Assembly: GCF_000315625.1 (NCBI RefSeq)
Contig: NW_005434444.1
Location: 1-58,656, forward strand
Length of the DNA stretch: 58,656 nt
Direction of reading: 5' to 3'
Origin: Guillardia theta CCMP2712
Lineage: Eukaryota; Protista; Cryptophyta
Shown here: piece by piece, positions 1 through 12,390 of the stretch
How the letters are laid out: each line of letters opens with the position of its first letter
Position numbering within the stretch: the stretch's first letter is position 1
Notes under the pieces: generated by a model
Databases searched by the model: none
Told to the model about the DNA's origin: nothing
The model's input: only the letters and a program-made list of their open reading frames with translations
Program-made: the position numbers and the translations under genes

Positions 1-19
1 TTTATCTCTTGCCATGGGC

Positions 20-1344
20 TCAAGGCTTCTCCATAACTTTCCGTGCCCTTGAAAAGTTTTGCCGCATCCTTTTCTTGCGGATAAATTCCGGTTTCAACTT
101 CTTCAAAGGGCATATCTTTTTTGCTATTCCATTCTCAACAAATTGTTCCCCACAGCGCCAACGTTGACACAGGTTCTTACAGTCTACCTTCTGCACAAAA
201 TCGTAACTTTGAGGAACCATACAGATTTCACCTGTGTCCCACTTGAACAAATCCCCTTGTACTGATGAGTCCGTGCCAACACCCCAGGTCATGTCATGCC
301 CACTGCCGCCGCCACCTGACGACTCCGAGGTCATGCCTGCCGATCTGTCACATCCACCCGTACTTCGCCTGTACTGGAACATTTGTTCAATGCGTCGAGA
401 CAATTCTTGAATAGACTCGTTCAGTCGTTGCTCCAATTCCTTTATATCATCTCTCTGTACAGGTACAACACCATTGATTTCGATTTTCTTTAGGATTGTT
501 TCTGTCACAGCTTCAGGTATCTTCGTTATTCCAACCTTCAACTCTTCTCGCAGCATGTTGATTTCTTCCCTTTTTGCATACTTCCAAGTATCCTTGCACC
601 GTCAACAAATTCTTGCCTTCTTTTATACGCATCTCTCCATTGACTTTTTTCTCAGTGACATGTTTCGCATATGCTTGGATGATTTTATCCAAGTTCTGGT
701 CTAAAGTCATCCCAGTCATTTCCTTTTACCCCTATCGCTGTGAATTCCTGATTGTGCTCGAAATAAAAGTCCTTCAATGCGCTCTTTTATCCTTGTAATG
801 CGCCAACAGACAACGTCTGATGTTTGACATTGTTGGCAGTGGAGCTCGATGCTTCCTCTACCATGTGCTCACCGTCATCGGAGTCACTCTCGTCGCTACT
901 GTCGTCATCGGCGTCTATGTCGCCATGTTGCCCTCGCCTCCTCTTCCTTCTCTTTGTCATACCGGTACTTCTTGTCAAATAGCCGAACAATCCCTTAACT
1001 GCCATGCATGAAAGTGGTAAATTCAATTGTCCAGACTCATTCAAAGCGTTTAAGTATATTTCATACTCGTTGGACTCGCCTGCTCTTTGAGCTCTTTGAG
1101 CGCGCTTCGCTTTCTTTCGGAGGATATCGACGAGTTTTAGAATTTTGTAACGATATACCTTCTGAGTGCTCTCAGCGATTCGTTTGTTCCTCATCGCATC
1201 ATACGCATGTATATCTCGGTCTGTTCTGTTAGTAGACACATCCCTCGTGAAAGAGGCTACACTACTTGCATTGTCCGCTGTCTCTGTCCCCAGACGCAAT
1301 CCATTTTCGGTCAGTGGGGTGGTTTTACGTTCAACTGTTCGCAT
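20..1344 (-). mobile_element. Degenerate Crypton-like (tyrosine-recombinase transposon, CryptonS-type) remnant with premature stop, frameshifts and the catalytic core apparently deleted
   Basis: Three intronless ORF pieces join as ...TLSVGALQG*KSALKDFY... / ...EKKVNGEMRIKEGKNLLTVQGYLEVC / ...IPEAVTETILKKIEINGVVPV...FKWDTGEICMVPQSYDF...CQRWRCG...PLKKL...FSRARKVM. These resemble, from recall, the N-terminal and GCR1_C-like C-terminal regions of oomycete/diatom Cryptons. In-frame TAA at 787-789 where GYKSAL would be expected. Confidence 0.6.
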
Positions 1345-1675
1345 ACACCAACAATACTTTACTTAACTTTTTCCTGGTACAAATTATTTCAGCGCAATCT
1401 TTGACGCACGTATCCTAGGAACGTCATGTTAGATAACTTGTATACTACCGGTCCTTGATTTTGCATGGAAAAGTACCCCGTACATTATATACTATATCAA
1501 GTTGCGTGCTCAATAACTACTTTTTTAAATTTTATTACTGCGCGCAACCCTATAACCCTAAAAGGACAGCAACAGATATATAGGGATTGCGCCATAAAAA
1601 TTAATTGTTATATTATTGATCCAAACAAAAAAAGACATCAAATTTTGATGTCCTCATTTTAGGTTATTTGCTTCG

Positions 1676-4600
1676 ATGGCATATAGCGTAACAGCATCAC
1701 CTTCCCGCTCGGTTGGATCTCCTCCTGCTCATCCCTACCGGTCGGTTGGAACCCCACCTGCTCATCCTTCTCGCTCGGGCGGATCTCTTCCTGCTTCTAC
1801 CCGCTCGGTCGGATCTCCCCTCAGTGTTTCTACCGGCTCGGTCGGATCTCTTCCTGCTTCTACCCGCTCGGTCGGATCTCCTCCTGCTTCTACCCGCTCG
1901 GTCGGATCTCCTCCTGCTTCTACCCGCTCGGTCGGATCTCCTCCTGCTCCTTCCCGTTTGGTCGGATCTCCTCCTGCTCCTCTTTATGCCTCATCTTCTC
2001 CCCGAGCTCAGCAGTTTCGTCCGAGTGAACTCATGGTTAACAAGCGCTCTCCTGGCACGACATCAGTCAGACTTTCATTTGGACATCAAGACCATGCTGA
2101 GCCAACCAGACTGTCCGCAAGTCCTACCGGGTCGCCAGGGCCTCATACACGCGCGTTGCAGTTTTCACCCTCTAAGGCGCCATTCCACCCCCTCAGCACT
2201 TCGACGTCGTCAAGACCTCCTAGTCCCCAGCTTCGCTCCTCCCTTGAGACTCATCTGATTACCCCCAATGCTTCGAGGATATCATGGCAGAGTAGTCCAA
2301 TGACTGACGAGACGGTAGGAAGTACAGGGTTGATCTTACGCAAGTCAGCGGATGGAGTCATCATCGTGGCTCATCTTGCCGTGGGTGGACCAGCAGACTT
2401 GAGCAGGAGAATCTCATTGCATGACAGACTTTTATCAGTTGATGGTCACTTTCTGACAAGCGAGCTCAGCCATGAACAGATTGCTGATCTTCTTATGGGC
2501 CCAGTTGGTTCAATCGTACATCTGTCTTTCCTACGCAATGACCCTGAGAGTGAGTATAGTGTCTGTCTTGTGCGAGCGCGAAGCTTTGTGAGGGGGCAAT
2601 CACCTCAAGTCGATGCAAGAATGCGACGCGAGCGACTGGCAGATGAAATATATCGCGAAATTTACAAGAGAAAGATTCGATCAATGACAAAGATGCTACT
2701 ATTCACATGGAGAGAGTTTGCACGATCTCAAGTAATGCTTTCAAATATTGGCTTATCTTTGACGTCAAGGGTGTTGGCAAATATTCTGGAGAACTATTTC
2801 TCCAATTGGCAACGTTTCATTGCAATTGAGCACGAACGATCTATTAATGTACTCTTTTGATTTAAATGACTCGCATGATAATTCACTTCATCAGAGACAG
2901 CATGAAATTGAGGCAATTCAAAGAAATGATCAGCTCAGGTTTGAACAATCACTTTTAACTAGCTTGTTGATGTGTTTCAAGGGTTGCCCAAGTACAAGCC
3001 TATGCTGAAAGAATCCGAAATCACATTACGATCGGAAAAAGGAACGATTCTGTCTGGAAGCAGATTTCATCATTGTTTTTGACAGTTCTAGCAGGGTGTC
3101 TGTACTTGCAGTTCACTTGCACGAGTGGCATTCCTGTACAAAAATGCAACGGTGGAGCTGTTTTGGATCACTCGAAGCAACTCACTTCTTGCAGGCTGCG
3201 GACAGAGGTTGTCATGGCGTGTGCGAAAAGATTGAGCGCTGCAGAAAGCATGAGGTTGCAGTCCGGTCATGCCCCATATGAATCTGTTGAGCAACTTTCT
3301 AACAAATGATGTAGAGAATGACAACGTGATTGTGATTAACCAACTGAGGACTTCGTTGCATTACCAGATTAGACAAATGGTGAGAAATTGTAACCAAAGT
3401 GATACTCACTAAGAAGAATTAGAACATAGATCTGTGCAAAGCTTTCGAGGAGGTCGAAGAGCTGGAACAAAACTTCAAACAACAAGAAAAGGCTCAATCA
3501 ATGAATAGCCGTTCATTGATATCCCAACTCGTAGAGATGAAAGGAATATGCCAAGATGCCATCAGCGATCTAACAGATCTCCAATTGAATTTTGAGAATG
3601 ATCGCGCATTGCATGCTTTGCAGGCTTCGAAATTATCCAACCAGATTCAAAATGTGCTTGAAGTCAAAAATCGTATTTTGATCGATTACGAGGCTGCAAA
3701 ACAAACAATTTTGCAAAAGGTTTCCTGTTTGTTTTCTGGCTTGTGTTATAATGCTGTAAAAAAGGACGCCGCATTGCACACGACCCAAGACAAGATGAGG
3801 CAGATTGAAAGCTTGATGAATGAATGGGCTTCAGAAAATTCATTGCAACAGAAGGTTTGTTCTTCCCTTATTGCGGGATAATGATTCTTGGGCAAAGATG
3901 CTTGAGGATGCGCAGGGAGAATGCAATGCAATTCGCGAAGCTCATGCAGGCTGTGAAGGCCTCATCGAAGCTCTGAGGTGACATCGACAAATCTGTTTGT
4001 TGGTAATGACCAATGTGGCAAGAAAACAAAATCAAGAGCTTCAAGATCAATTACAGAGCCTGATGAGAGAGAATATGACAAAGCAACAACGGCTCTGTGC
4101 GCCTATGCAAGGAGAAATGAGGAAGATGCAAGGACAGGATGCTGCTGGAGTCGGGCTCCTTCTAATGAAGGCATCTGCAGCTCAACAAGAGGTCGCTGTC
4201 TTCGCCTCCTTCCTCTTCCTCGCCTGCTCATTCCTTCCGCTAGGTTGTGAAGGTAGTCAAAATCACGCCTGGTGGCGCTGCAGCACAAGACGCTCGCATC
4301 CGGGTGGGGATTGAGCTGACTATGCTCAACCTTCATCTCTTCTCTTATCGTTGCAACAGGTTGGTGACATCATCGTTGCTATCGATGGCGCGTCTCTTGT
4401 TGGACTCAGCATGGATGAGATTTGCTCGCGTATCCGTGGGCCGGAGGGTCAACCGATTTCTCTCAGCGTCGAGAGGAAGGAAGATGGCTCCCTGCTCAGC
4501 ATGGAAGTCTGTTTGCATCGCCAAGTCGTGCCAACAGAGCACAGGACCGTCACATTGGCTGCCGCAGCCCCCCCTGAACGAGGGTATCCAGGGGAGATCC

Positions 4601-4761
4601 AACCAAAAGCACACGGCAAGGAATCGAATGAAACGGCCGATGCAGGACAGTTGAATCTTGTGGACGCGCTGAAAGAAAACTTGTTTTTTTCTGCAATCAA
4701 CGAAGCATTTCAATCCATCAATCGACCAAGAGATCAGAACGACGATGTGATCATGATGTGA
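1676..4761 (+). CDS. Multi-exon protein with Ser/Pro repeat N-terminus, two PDZ domains and a coiled-coil middle
   Basis: PDZ1: GSTGLIL...VIIVAHLAVGGPADLSRRISLHDRLLSVDG...GPVGSIVHL. PDZ2: GVGLLL...VVKITPGGAAAQDARI/VGDIIVAIDG...RGPEGQPISLSVER. Short introns between; stop at 4759-4761. Confidence 0.8.
1703..1981 (+). repeat. Coding tandem repeat, about 9 copies of a 30-33 bp unit encoding RSVGSPPAST
   Basis: Repeated cccgctcggtcggatctcctcctgcttcta units, some identical. Confidence 0.95.
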
Positions 4762-4869
4762 ATGAGAGGGTAAGGGAGATCAAGACGTGCTGCTCTCGTT
4801 GTACGCCATGTTTGTTTCTAAAATACAGCAACTTAAGATGATTCTGAGGTTGTCTCATCTCCAAGAGCT

Positions 4870-5515
4870 TCAAGGAGGATGGCGATCGAAGCGATCTGTC
4901 ATCTCCATGTCAATCTCGTCTCTACATCTCCTGCCGTCTGTCTGTATCACTCGCTGAACCCGAGGGTTCAACTCGTGGCCGTCTTGTGTCCTGTCTCCAT
5001 CTCTTGCAGGCGGAACATAGCCGGGCATGGCCGACAAGAAGAAGATCGACACTGTACTCCAAGCTGCACAGAAAAATCGTAGGATAGATTGCCAGATTTC
5101 GTTATCAAAGAGCTGAGCAGGAAAGAATCGAGCGAGCAATTGAGAGAAGCAATGGAAGGGGAGTAGGAAATAATCCATCAGCAGGTGAGTCAGCGGCTTT
5201 GCGAGCTTCTCTTGGTTTGTGCCCACAACTTGCAGCACTGAACGAGGATCGTCATGCAGAACTTGACTGATGTTCCCAGGGTTTAAAACCTTACCCCTAT
5301 CCAAGCGGGTGAGCTGCAATGAGCACAAAAAAGATATCTTTTACCGGTGAATGATCTTCAGTCTCCTCTGATCCAAGCCCAGCTGATTTGCGATGTCGGC
5401 AAAGATTTGCTCTCCGCCTAGCAGAGTTCGATCGAGGGTAAGAGCCGAAACCTCGCTCACTGACCCGTTGTATTTCACTCGCACGATCTGAAATCAGGTC
5501 GATGGTCAAGACCAT
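4870..5515 (-). CDS. Possible small hypothetical protein (spliced)
   Basis: Consecutive minus-strand ORFs 5297-5557 and 4870-5328 with hydrophobic patches; no family recognised. Confidence 0.3.
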
Positions 5516-5637
5516 AACCAGTAAGTCAAGCAATAAAGTTGAGCACGATACAAACACGTCAAAAGATACATATGATCATCTCAAAAGCTCACGTCCGTCT
5601 TTCTTCTCACTACAAGTTTCAGCATCGTCATCGTACC

Positions 5638-7100
5638 ATGCTGTTGCTCTTTCTGTTGTTCTTTGCAAAACCAGGGCAGTGCATTTCCCGAGTGCTATTT
5701 TCAAGACATTCATTCTTCTGTCCTTCATAGACAATAGAGAGAGATATTTCCATTGAGGCGGACCCATTCCATGCTCGTACAAGGCCTATCGGGCAAACAT
5801 GTCCCGCAGGTGCGCATGGCGGGTTGAGAGGAGGCGGCTCTTCACTCCTGCAAGGGAGTACTCCCTCAAGCTCAAGTGTGGAAGGACTCTTGGCATCAGC
5901 GAGTGGGGGGATCCCTCTAGCGCCTGCAAGACCGTCGTCTATCACCATGGTCTTCCGTTTGGCAGACTCGAGCCGTCCATTTATCTTTCGAACGCGCATG
6001 CTCATGAAGCCTTCGCGAAGATGGGAATCCGCCTCATATCTGTGGACAGGAACTTCGACCTCTGCACCTGTCTGTCTCGTGACATGAGCGCAGGCCAGGA
6101 ATCGGCAAGTCCACCAACCTTGCAAGTCGCTCACCGCACGACTTTGCTCAAGACTTGTCTCATGTAGCAGACGAGCTCAATGTCTGCTGCTCGACTCGCA
6201 TCGTGTCGGCGCTGACGTCGCTTCAGATTTCTCATTTTGCCGTGGTTGGCTTCTCTGCTGGCGCCTCATACGCCCTGGCGCAAGCCCAGCAAGATGCGAG
6301 GGTGAAGGCGGTGGCTCTAGTGGGGGCATCCGTTCCTATGGTAGACCTCTGATCCCTTGCACGTGCGAGACAGTGAGACTCGGCAACAGTATCTAATGGT
6401 GAGCCGTGAAGACTCTCTCGTAAGCCGAGGGCTGGCATGCCTGGAGTTCGCATCCTCCAAACTTCCTGCTTCGATCGCAGGGATACCTTCCTACAGCCTT
6501 GCGCTGCTGTTGAAACAAATCTCACACATGTCTCCATCTGCCGCGACCAGGTAGATTCTGCTTCTCATGACCAGTGAGGTAACAACGTGAAGATTGCTAG
6601 CCCGTTGTGAGCCTAGAAACGTCCTCACCTCAGATGAGGAAGAGACTGCTGGTGCGATGGTAAGCTTGTGCCTTGGATCTCTACATCTTTCGAAGTTCGT
6701 GCAGATCCATCAAACTTTACAAGACGCCGTCGGGCAAGGGCTTTTGGGATTTGGAGAGGATTTTCTTACAGTTTTGGGGGTACGTTTGCCTTCTTCAAAT
6801 TCAAAATCACCAAAGGTTCATGCTAATATGGGAGCGCAGCGGGGATTACAACTCAACTTGTCTGACATTGGAGTTCCTGTGCTCCTTTTTTTTGGCAAGT
6901 CAGATGATCTTGTTCCCTTGGGTACATCAGCATGGCTTGCGTCCAGATGCTCTCGGCCCAGATTGCGCCTCTGTAGTGGAGGTGACCTTGCTTGTGCACA
7001 AGCAATCTTGACATCCTGGTTTCAAGGGCATGGAATTTTGTTTCATCAATTCATCAGCTTGCTATCCGAGCTACGAGATATTCTCAAAGAGGGGGAATGA
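5638..7100 (+). CDS. Alpha/beta-fold hydrolase with probable signal peptide
   Basis: MLLLFLLFF N-terminus; GRTLGISEWGDP, YHHGLP, VDRPGIGKS (after splicing), nucleophile elbow GFSAG, LFFGKSDDLVP, GHG. Confidence 0.85.
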
Positions 7101-7405
7101 TGGTGTGTAGAAAAATCTAAAATGAACTTGAGAGTGGCAAATTGTTATTTTACGCTTTTCTAGGGAAATCGCGGCAACATGTGAAGCAGACCAAAGTTGC
7201 TTTCTCATTTGTTCCATTGCATCTCCCTTGTATTCTTCAAGCATCAGAGGAAGTTGACTCGTGTTTTCTCAACCTTCAGGTGCAAACAAGAAAGGTGTCT
7301 TTAAAGTAAATATACTGAGTTGCAACATAGCGAAGTTATCGAGATTCTAATGAAATTTAAACAAGAAACACAAGTTAATGTAAGCGCCATGGTAGAGGAT
7401 GAACA

Positions 7406-8455
7406 TCATTTCACTGGTCCAGGCATTATCAATATTCCATCAGAGTCCGAATACATGTAATCTCCAGGACGGATCGTGACTCCACCAAAGTGCAAAGGCA
7501 CATCCCTAGAAAAAAAGTTTCATCGTCCTGATTGAGTTTTGCTATCATGGCAGAAACCAGACAATACCTGACCCCCTTTTCATCTTTGTGGGATTTCACA
7601 GGATGTGTGTTGAGTGCTTTAACCCCAATGCAAATATTTGAAATTTCCTTGCGCATCATATGTTACCACAACGCGCTGCAAGCATGCAACAAGGTGAATA
7701 CAAGACGTACTTTTGAATCCCGAATGCAACCGTACACAACAATTCCAGCCCAGCCATTTTTTTCACCTGGACAAAGAGTAAGATGAGATTGCTGAGTTCC
7801 CTTTTTGGTGATGCCAAGAAGAAATGGCGTTACCAATCTCTGCAAGGTTGCCACCGAGCATAGCGCATCGTGTTGACCCTCCTGCATCCACTACCAACAC
7901 TCGGCCATTCCCGTCTTCTTGCAGAGTTGCACGAACCTGCGATGACGATTGCATCAGGATCATATCAAGGCAGAGAAGGATGGTGCGTTAGCGAAACAGT
8001 GGAGGTGGCACACAAAGAATGAAGATCGTACAAGAGGATTGCTCTCATATGCCTTGATCGTAACGATACTTCCACAAAATTCTGATTGACCACCAAAATT
8101 TTTGAAATTCAGAGAAGGGTCAATGACTTTTACACCATGATCTGATGAAATCTGGATGACTTTTGAGTCATGCGTATCTCAGCGACCAGTAAGGGCAGAC
8201 CTTAGACACGTCTAGACCATATGAATCGCAAATATCAGCCGTCGCAAAACTCTGCAGCAAGGGAAACTCGTCTGTCAAGCCATTCAAGCAAAAGTGAGAG
8301 CAAGAACATACGCTGAGAAACGCCCTTGGTGCAAATTGCTGTGAAGGTGCACGAGTGTAGAAAGAGCTTCGAGATGAAAGTTGAGTTGCTAACTGCATGC
8401 CCTTGAAGCAACTTGGGGAGAAGAAACTTCGTGTCCCATGCTTCAATGCGTTCAT
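7406..8455 (-). CDS. rraA: RraA/MenG family protein (HMG aldolase / oxaloacetate decarboxylase-like) with N-terminal targeting-like peptide
   Basis: Exons give [76 protein letters not shown]; TGA at 7406-7408. Confidence 0.9.
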
Positions 8456-8800
8456 GATCCAACTTATTGTCTTGAAGAAAAGATGTCAATTTAAGCAATG
8501 TAAGGCTAGCGCGGTGAGGCTACGAAACGGATGGGAGGAAAAGAGAAGGAGCAAGAGCAAGAGCAAGAGGAAGAGGAAGAGCAAGAGGAAGAGGAAGAGG
8601 AAGGGTTTAGGGGAAGCATACACTGACGCAGAGGCAGGCACCGCAGATAAAGCACTGCTGCAACAAACTTGTTTTTCGGGGCCCGGGCCCTAGACCGGCC
8701 GACCGGAAGAGCGGACCGAGGCTCCGGGTCTCTTGAGTGAAATTTCTACTCCGTATCCAACCTGAGGACAAGAAACGTATCCGACTGATGACGTCTTTTT

Positions 8801-8835
8801 TCTTTACTCAAAGTTAAGTTAAAAGATCAGTACGA
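8801..8835 (+). promoter_or_regulatory. Copy of conserved dispersed motif TCTTTACTCAAAGTTAAGTTAAAA(G)ATCAGTACG (function unknown)
   Basis: Near-identical copies at 22797-22829 and 55304-55343, and a partial copy at 52029-52045. Confidence 0.6.
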
Positions 8836-9213
8836 CATGATAAAATAAACACCCTCTGCAAATTTCGTATCCGACCCGACATTTTGCCCCACCTCGTGAC
8901 CACTCGTGACATGTATCCAGTTGTGTAACAGATATGTAGTAAAGTAGAACCTCGAAATAGAGGTTTTCGATGACATACAGTCCCATTCTTACAAAGAAAA
9001 GCGAATGAAGATATGAAAACAGATCTTATTGAAGATATTGGTGATTTGAAAAGTCGCAAAAAACATGCGACCGTAAGAAAAAACATGATAAGGCTTACTG
9101 GTCACGTTACGAAGGAAGAAAACGAGGAAAACTCCGCAGAGGATTTCAAGAGGCCAGGAGTGCGCGAGTTCATCTTGTAGTCCAAGAAAGCAGAAGATGC
9201 CATGAATGTGGCC

Positions 9214-9291
9214 GAGCGAGAAAGAGACAGCCATGGTACTCATGTAGCGGCTGAGCAAGAAAGAGACGGCCATGGTACTCATGTAGCTAGC
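9214..9291 (+). repeat. 39-bp direct duplication (2 copies) reading ERD(S/G)HGTHVA
   Basis: gagc(g/a)agaaagagac(a/g)gccatggtactcatgtagc occurs twice in tandem. Confidence 0.85.
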
Positions 9292-9446
9292 TAATAATTC
9301 CTTGCTGTGAAGGAGTGACAAAGATGGTTTAGTCTCTAATTGATGATAACTACTCAGATGGTTACATCATTTCTTTCGAAAATGTTTTTGCTCAATGTGC
9401 ATACTAATGCGTTGTTCCAGGTCTCGCACTTGTTGCTACATCTCCT

Positions 9447-9868
9447 ATGATTTCTCCAAGAGTAGCTCAGATATTCCCACGAAAGAAGAATGGCGAAGAA
9501 AAACGTCCCTGCGAAATTGTGACGCTGAATGCCGATGTCATCGTAGGGCTCTTTCACCTGAGGCAGACAGAAGCTGCACGTCATCTTGTATGTGTTTGTG
9601 TTTTCTCCTTCCCAAGTCTCGACTTACGATCTCGTCCCAGGGGATCTCGCTCTCAGCGTTGAAGAACGCTTGCAGACAACTTGGCGTCGATCGGTGGCCC
9701 TACCACAGGGTTGTCAACCCTGTCAGAGTGAAAGGAAACAAGTCCAAGGGAGAAGCTGCTGGCAGTTCCAAGTTTCTCGAATCCTCAGCTGAAGAGGAGT
9801 CTGAGATCGACGAGTTTTCTCTCTTCCAAGAAGCGATGAGGCATGTGGAGCGCAGACAATCTTACTGA
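9447..9868 (+). CDS. RWP-RK domain transcription factor (an upstream exon is possible)
   Basis: LFHLRQTEAARHL | intron | GISLSALKNACRQLGVDRWPYHR. Confidence 0.85.
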
Positions 9869-10027
9869 GCCCAGAGTTTCCTCCTGCTTCTGTGACGTGT
9901 ACATTATTGAAATATATGTTTTCCTAAATACATTCAAGTAGCTTCTATGTTGCATAATTTCAAAAGTTGATTTCTTCTGTACATTACAGAATGTTTCCCT
10001 CTAGCGTCATCTGACTAGATCGACCAT

Positions 10028-11809
10028 TTACGTCGAGATTTTGAGATTTGCCCATAACTTACGTCCCTCAGCATCTTTTGTGGCAAGGATGAAGCAATAA
10101 TGTTGCTTGCAAGATACATTAAGCATGTCAACTAGCAGAGCAAATGTTACCTGGATCATCTTCCACTCTTCGATCTCATCTAACCACTCAATCTTAGCAA
10201 CTCTGATACAAAAAATCATCATTTCCTCTCTGTCTGCAACAGAATCAGAACCTGCTCTTCTCCTCCTCTGGAAGGCCGTCGTAAAAGTCCTGCATAGATA
10301 TTGCCTCGCATGTTTCCCAGGTTGCCTTACCATTTCAATAAGCATGCTTTCGTGCAAAGCCAACGAAAAGTAACTCAGGTTCACCTCAAGATATCGCTGC
10401 TTTTGAGAATCACAGTCTGGATAGGCTTCGAAGGACTGGCAAAAGTCTTGAGAAGGGAGAAACGATGGTTTAGGGGCAAACGCATTGCTGACCAGAAGGG
10501 GGCATCCTCGCAGCGAAATATTCTGAGCCATCACCTTCCCAAAGGGATCATGCGGATGGATCTGTTTTGAGTGATTCAACAGTGAACTCAAGCATTGAAA
10601 ACCTGCTCGTAAGTGAAGAAAATTGAACAGGGGAAAAGATTCGCCGCCCACTCAATGATTCTAGTTCCTTCAGCTACAACAACTCAAACATGAAAATTCA
10701 CTCCACGGTCCTTGTACCAGGCTTCATGTATATCAGCACACATTCACTGCCTCAATGTCATTGACAATTTCGACAAGCGACCTCGAGACCTACCTGATGA
10801 AAAGTGTCGGAGCTGAGAAGTCAACTCCAGCGCTCCCCAAAGCAGCTTCAAGCTCCTGCTCTATTGTTTACATTTGAATCGCAGTCTCAGCAAAGGCACC
10901 TGACAGTTTCTCATATCACAGGACAGCAGCGTGTACTCTCGTGTTCGAAGCCCAAGATCGCCTTCTTTGTCATCCACTTCAGTTTCAGGCTCTTCACTTT
11001 CATCAATCTGAAAAGCTCGAATCAAACGAGAGAGATCATTTTGACAAGCGGTGACTTGAATTTCAAGTATCTTCTTTAGTGCGTCAGATCGCATGATCCG
11101 ATCTTTCTTGAATTTTACGACATCGTCAAAATCTACTTCAAAGTATCCTCCCCGTGGTTGCTGTGAAAACAGAATCTTTTACTTCCTGGCATTCATGTTG
11201 GCGAATCACCTTGCTCATGTTCTTGAGGTAGAAAAATGTGCTGTCCAAGCCAGATCCAAGAATCACAATCTGCTCCCGGAGGTTTTGACCATGAGCAAGA
11301 TCGCTCTCTACAACACCATGGTAACTCCAGCGACACATGTATTCTCCATCCACCTGAGGATGAATCGTCGCTGTTGTTTCCGCATGCTTCTAGAAACTGA
11401 AATATGACATTCCTGTCGGCGATCTCAGCTTCCAAGGTGCAGGTTATGGACTTCACCTCACGGCTGTTACTCGGGCATAATGCCCACGATTGATGAGAGG
11501 AGGTCTGCTTCCCGATCTAGACACGAAGACGTGTATGAAAGGATCCTACGCACGTGAAAGAATCAACATCTCCATCCGTTTGGAAATCACACATCACTCG
11601 ACGTACTTGGTAGTATCCCTTGGACGATGCTATGGACTTGCACAAAGCTATTGCAGGAGAGCAGGTATCAGAGGTACTCTCCAATCTCTCGACCTCATGT
11701 GTCATGCATATACTGTAGGATATTGACAGCCTCAACACGATTCCGCCAACTTACCTGCATCTTCGCTCGTTGCCATGACGGCCTTTTCATGTTCTCTCTG
11801 CGAGGACAT
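10028..11809 (-). CDS. LCMT1: Leucine carboxyl methyltransferase (LCMT1/PPM1 family)
   Basis: AVMATSEDA|ALCKSIASSKGYY, PLINRGHYARV, QIVILGSGLDSTFF, YFEVDF, HPHDPFGKVMAQNISLRGCPL, EWLDEIEEW, HYCF. Confidence 0.85.
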
Positions 11810-12390
11810 GGTCGGGGCTCTACTTGCTCCTCCCTCCTTGGGCGCTTCAGCTGCTTGTTTCTTCGTCTTCCTGTCTCCCCTTACGTCTCCTCTTCTCCAT
11901 GCTGCGTCTCTGACTTGCTAGCGCCGTCAGCCATGTCTCGCTCGCACCTCCCTCATTTCGTTTCGGCAAGCCTGCCTCACTGAGCAAGGGAAGGGCAAGC
12001 AACTGCTCCTAGCAAAGGAAAGAAGGCGAAGATGGAGGGAACGAGGGGCGGGGGTTGGGGGGATGAGAGGAGGGAGGAAGAGAGGAGGGAGGAAGAGAGG
12101 AGAGGTGAAGACAGACACGCGCGCACACCCACAAGGCCAGGGCTTCAGTTGTCAGCCGTTTACTTGTTCAGGTTGTGCTTTGACACCAGTGACATGTGAT
12201 GCCAGGCTCTTTTCCTTGGCTGCATGGCTGACTGCCATGCCTTGCTGTTCTTGTAGCTGCCCTTCAACTCCATGCTAGCCATGGCATACGCCACGGCGGA
12301 TCCAGAGATCCATCATGTGTCGTGGCGAAGATTGCATGGTAAAGCACGAGAGGGATAGGAGCGGCAGAGTAGCAGCAGGCCGACAATACC

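Noticed and set aside
1703-1981. 30-bp repeat array as a CRISPR
   Set aside because: No unique spacers, in-frame coding repeat, eukaryotic context, no cas genes.
7406-8455. rraA as recent bacterial transfer or contamination
   Set aside because: It has several spliceosomal introns and a targeting-like N-terminus, and the family is known in eukaryotes.
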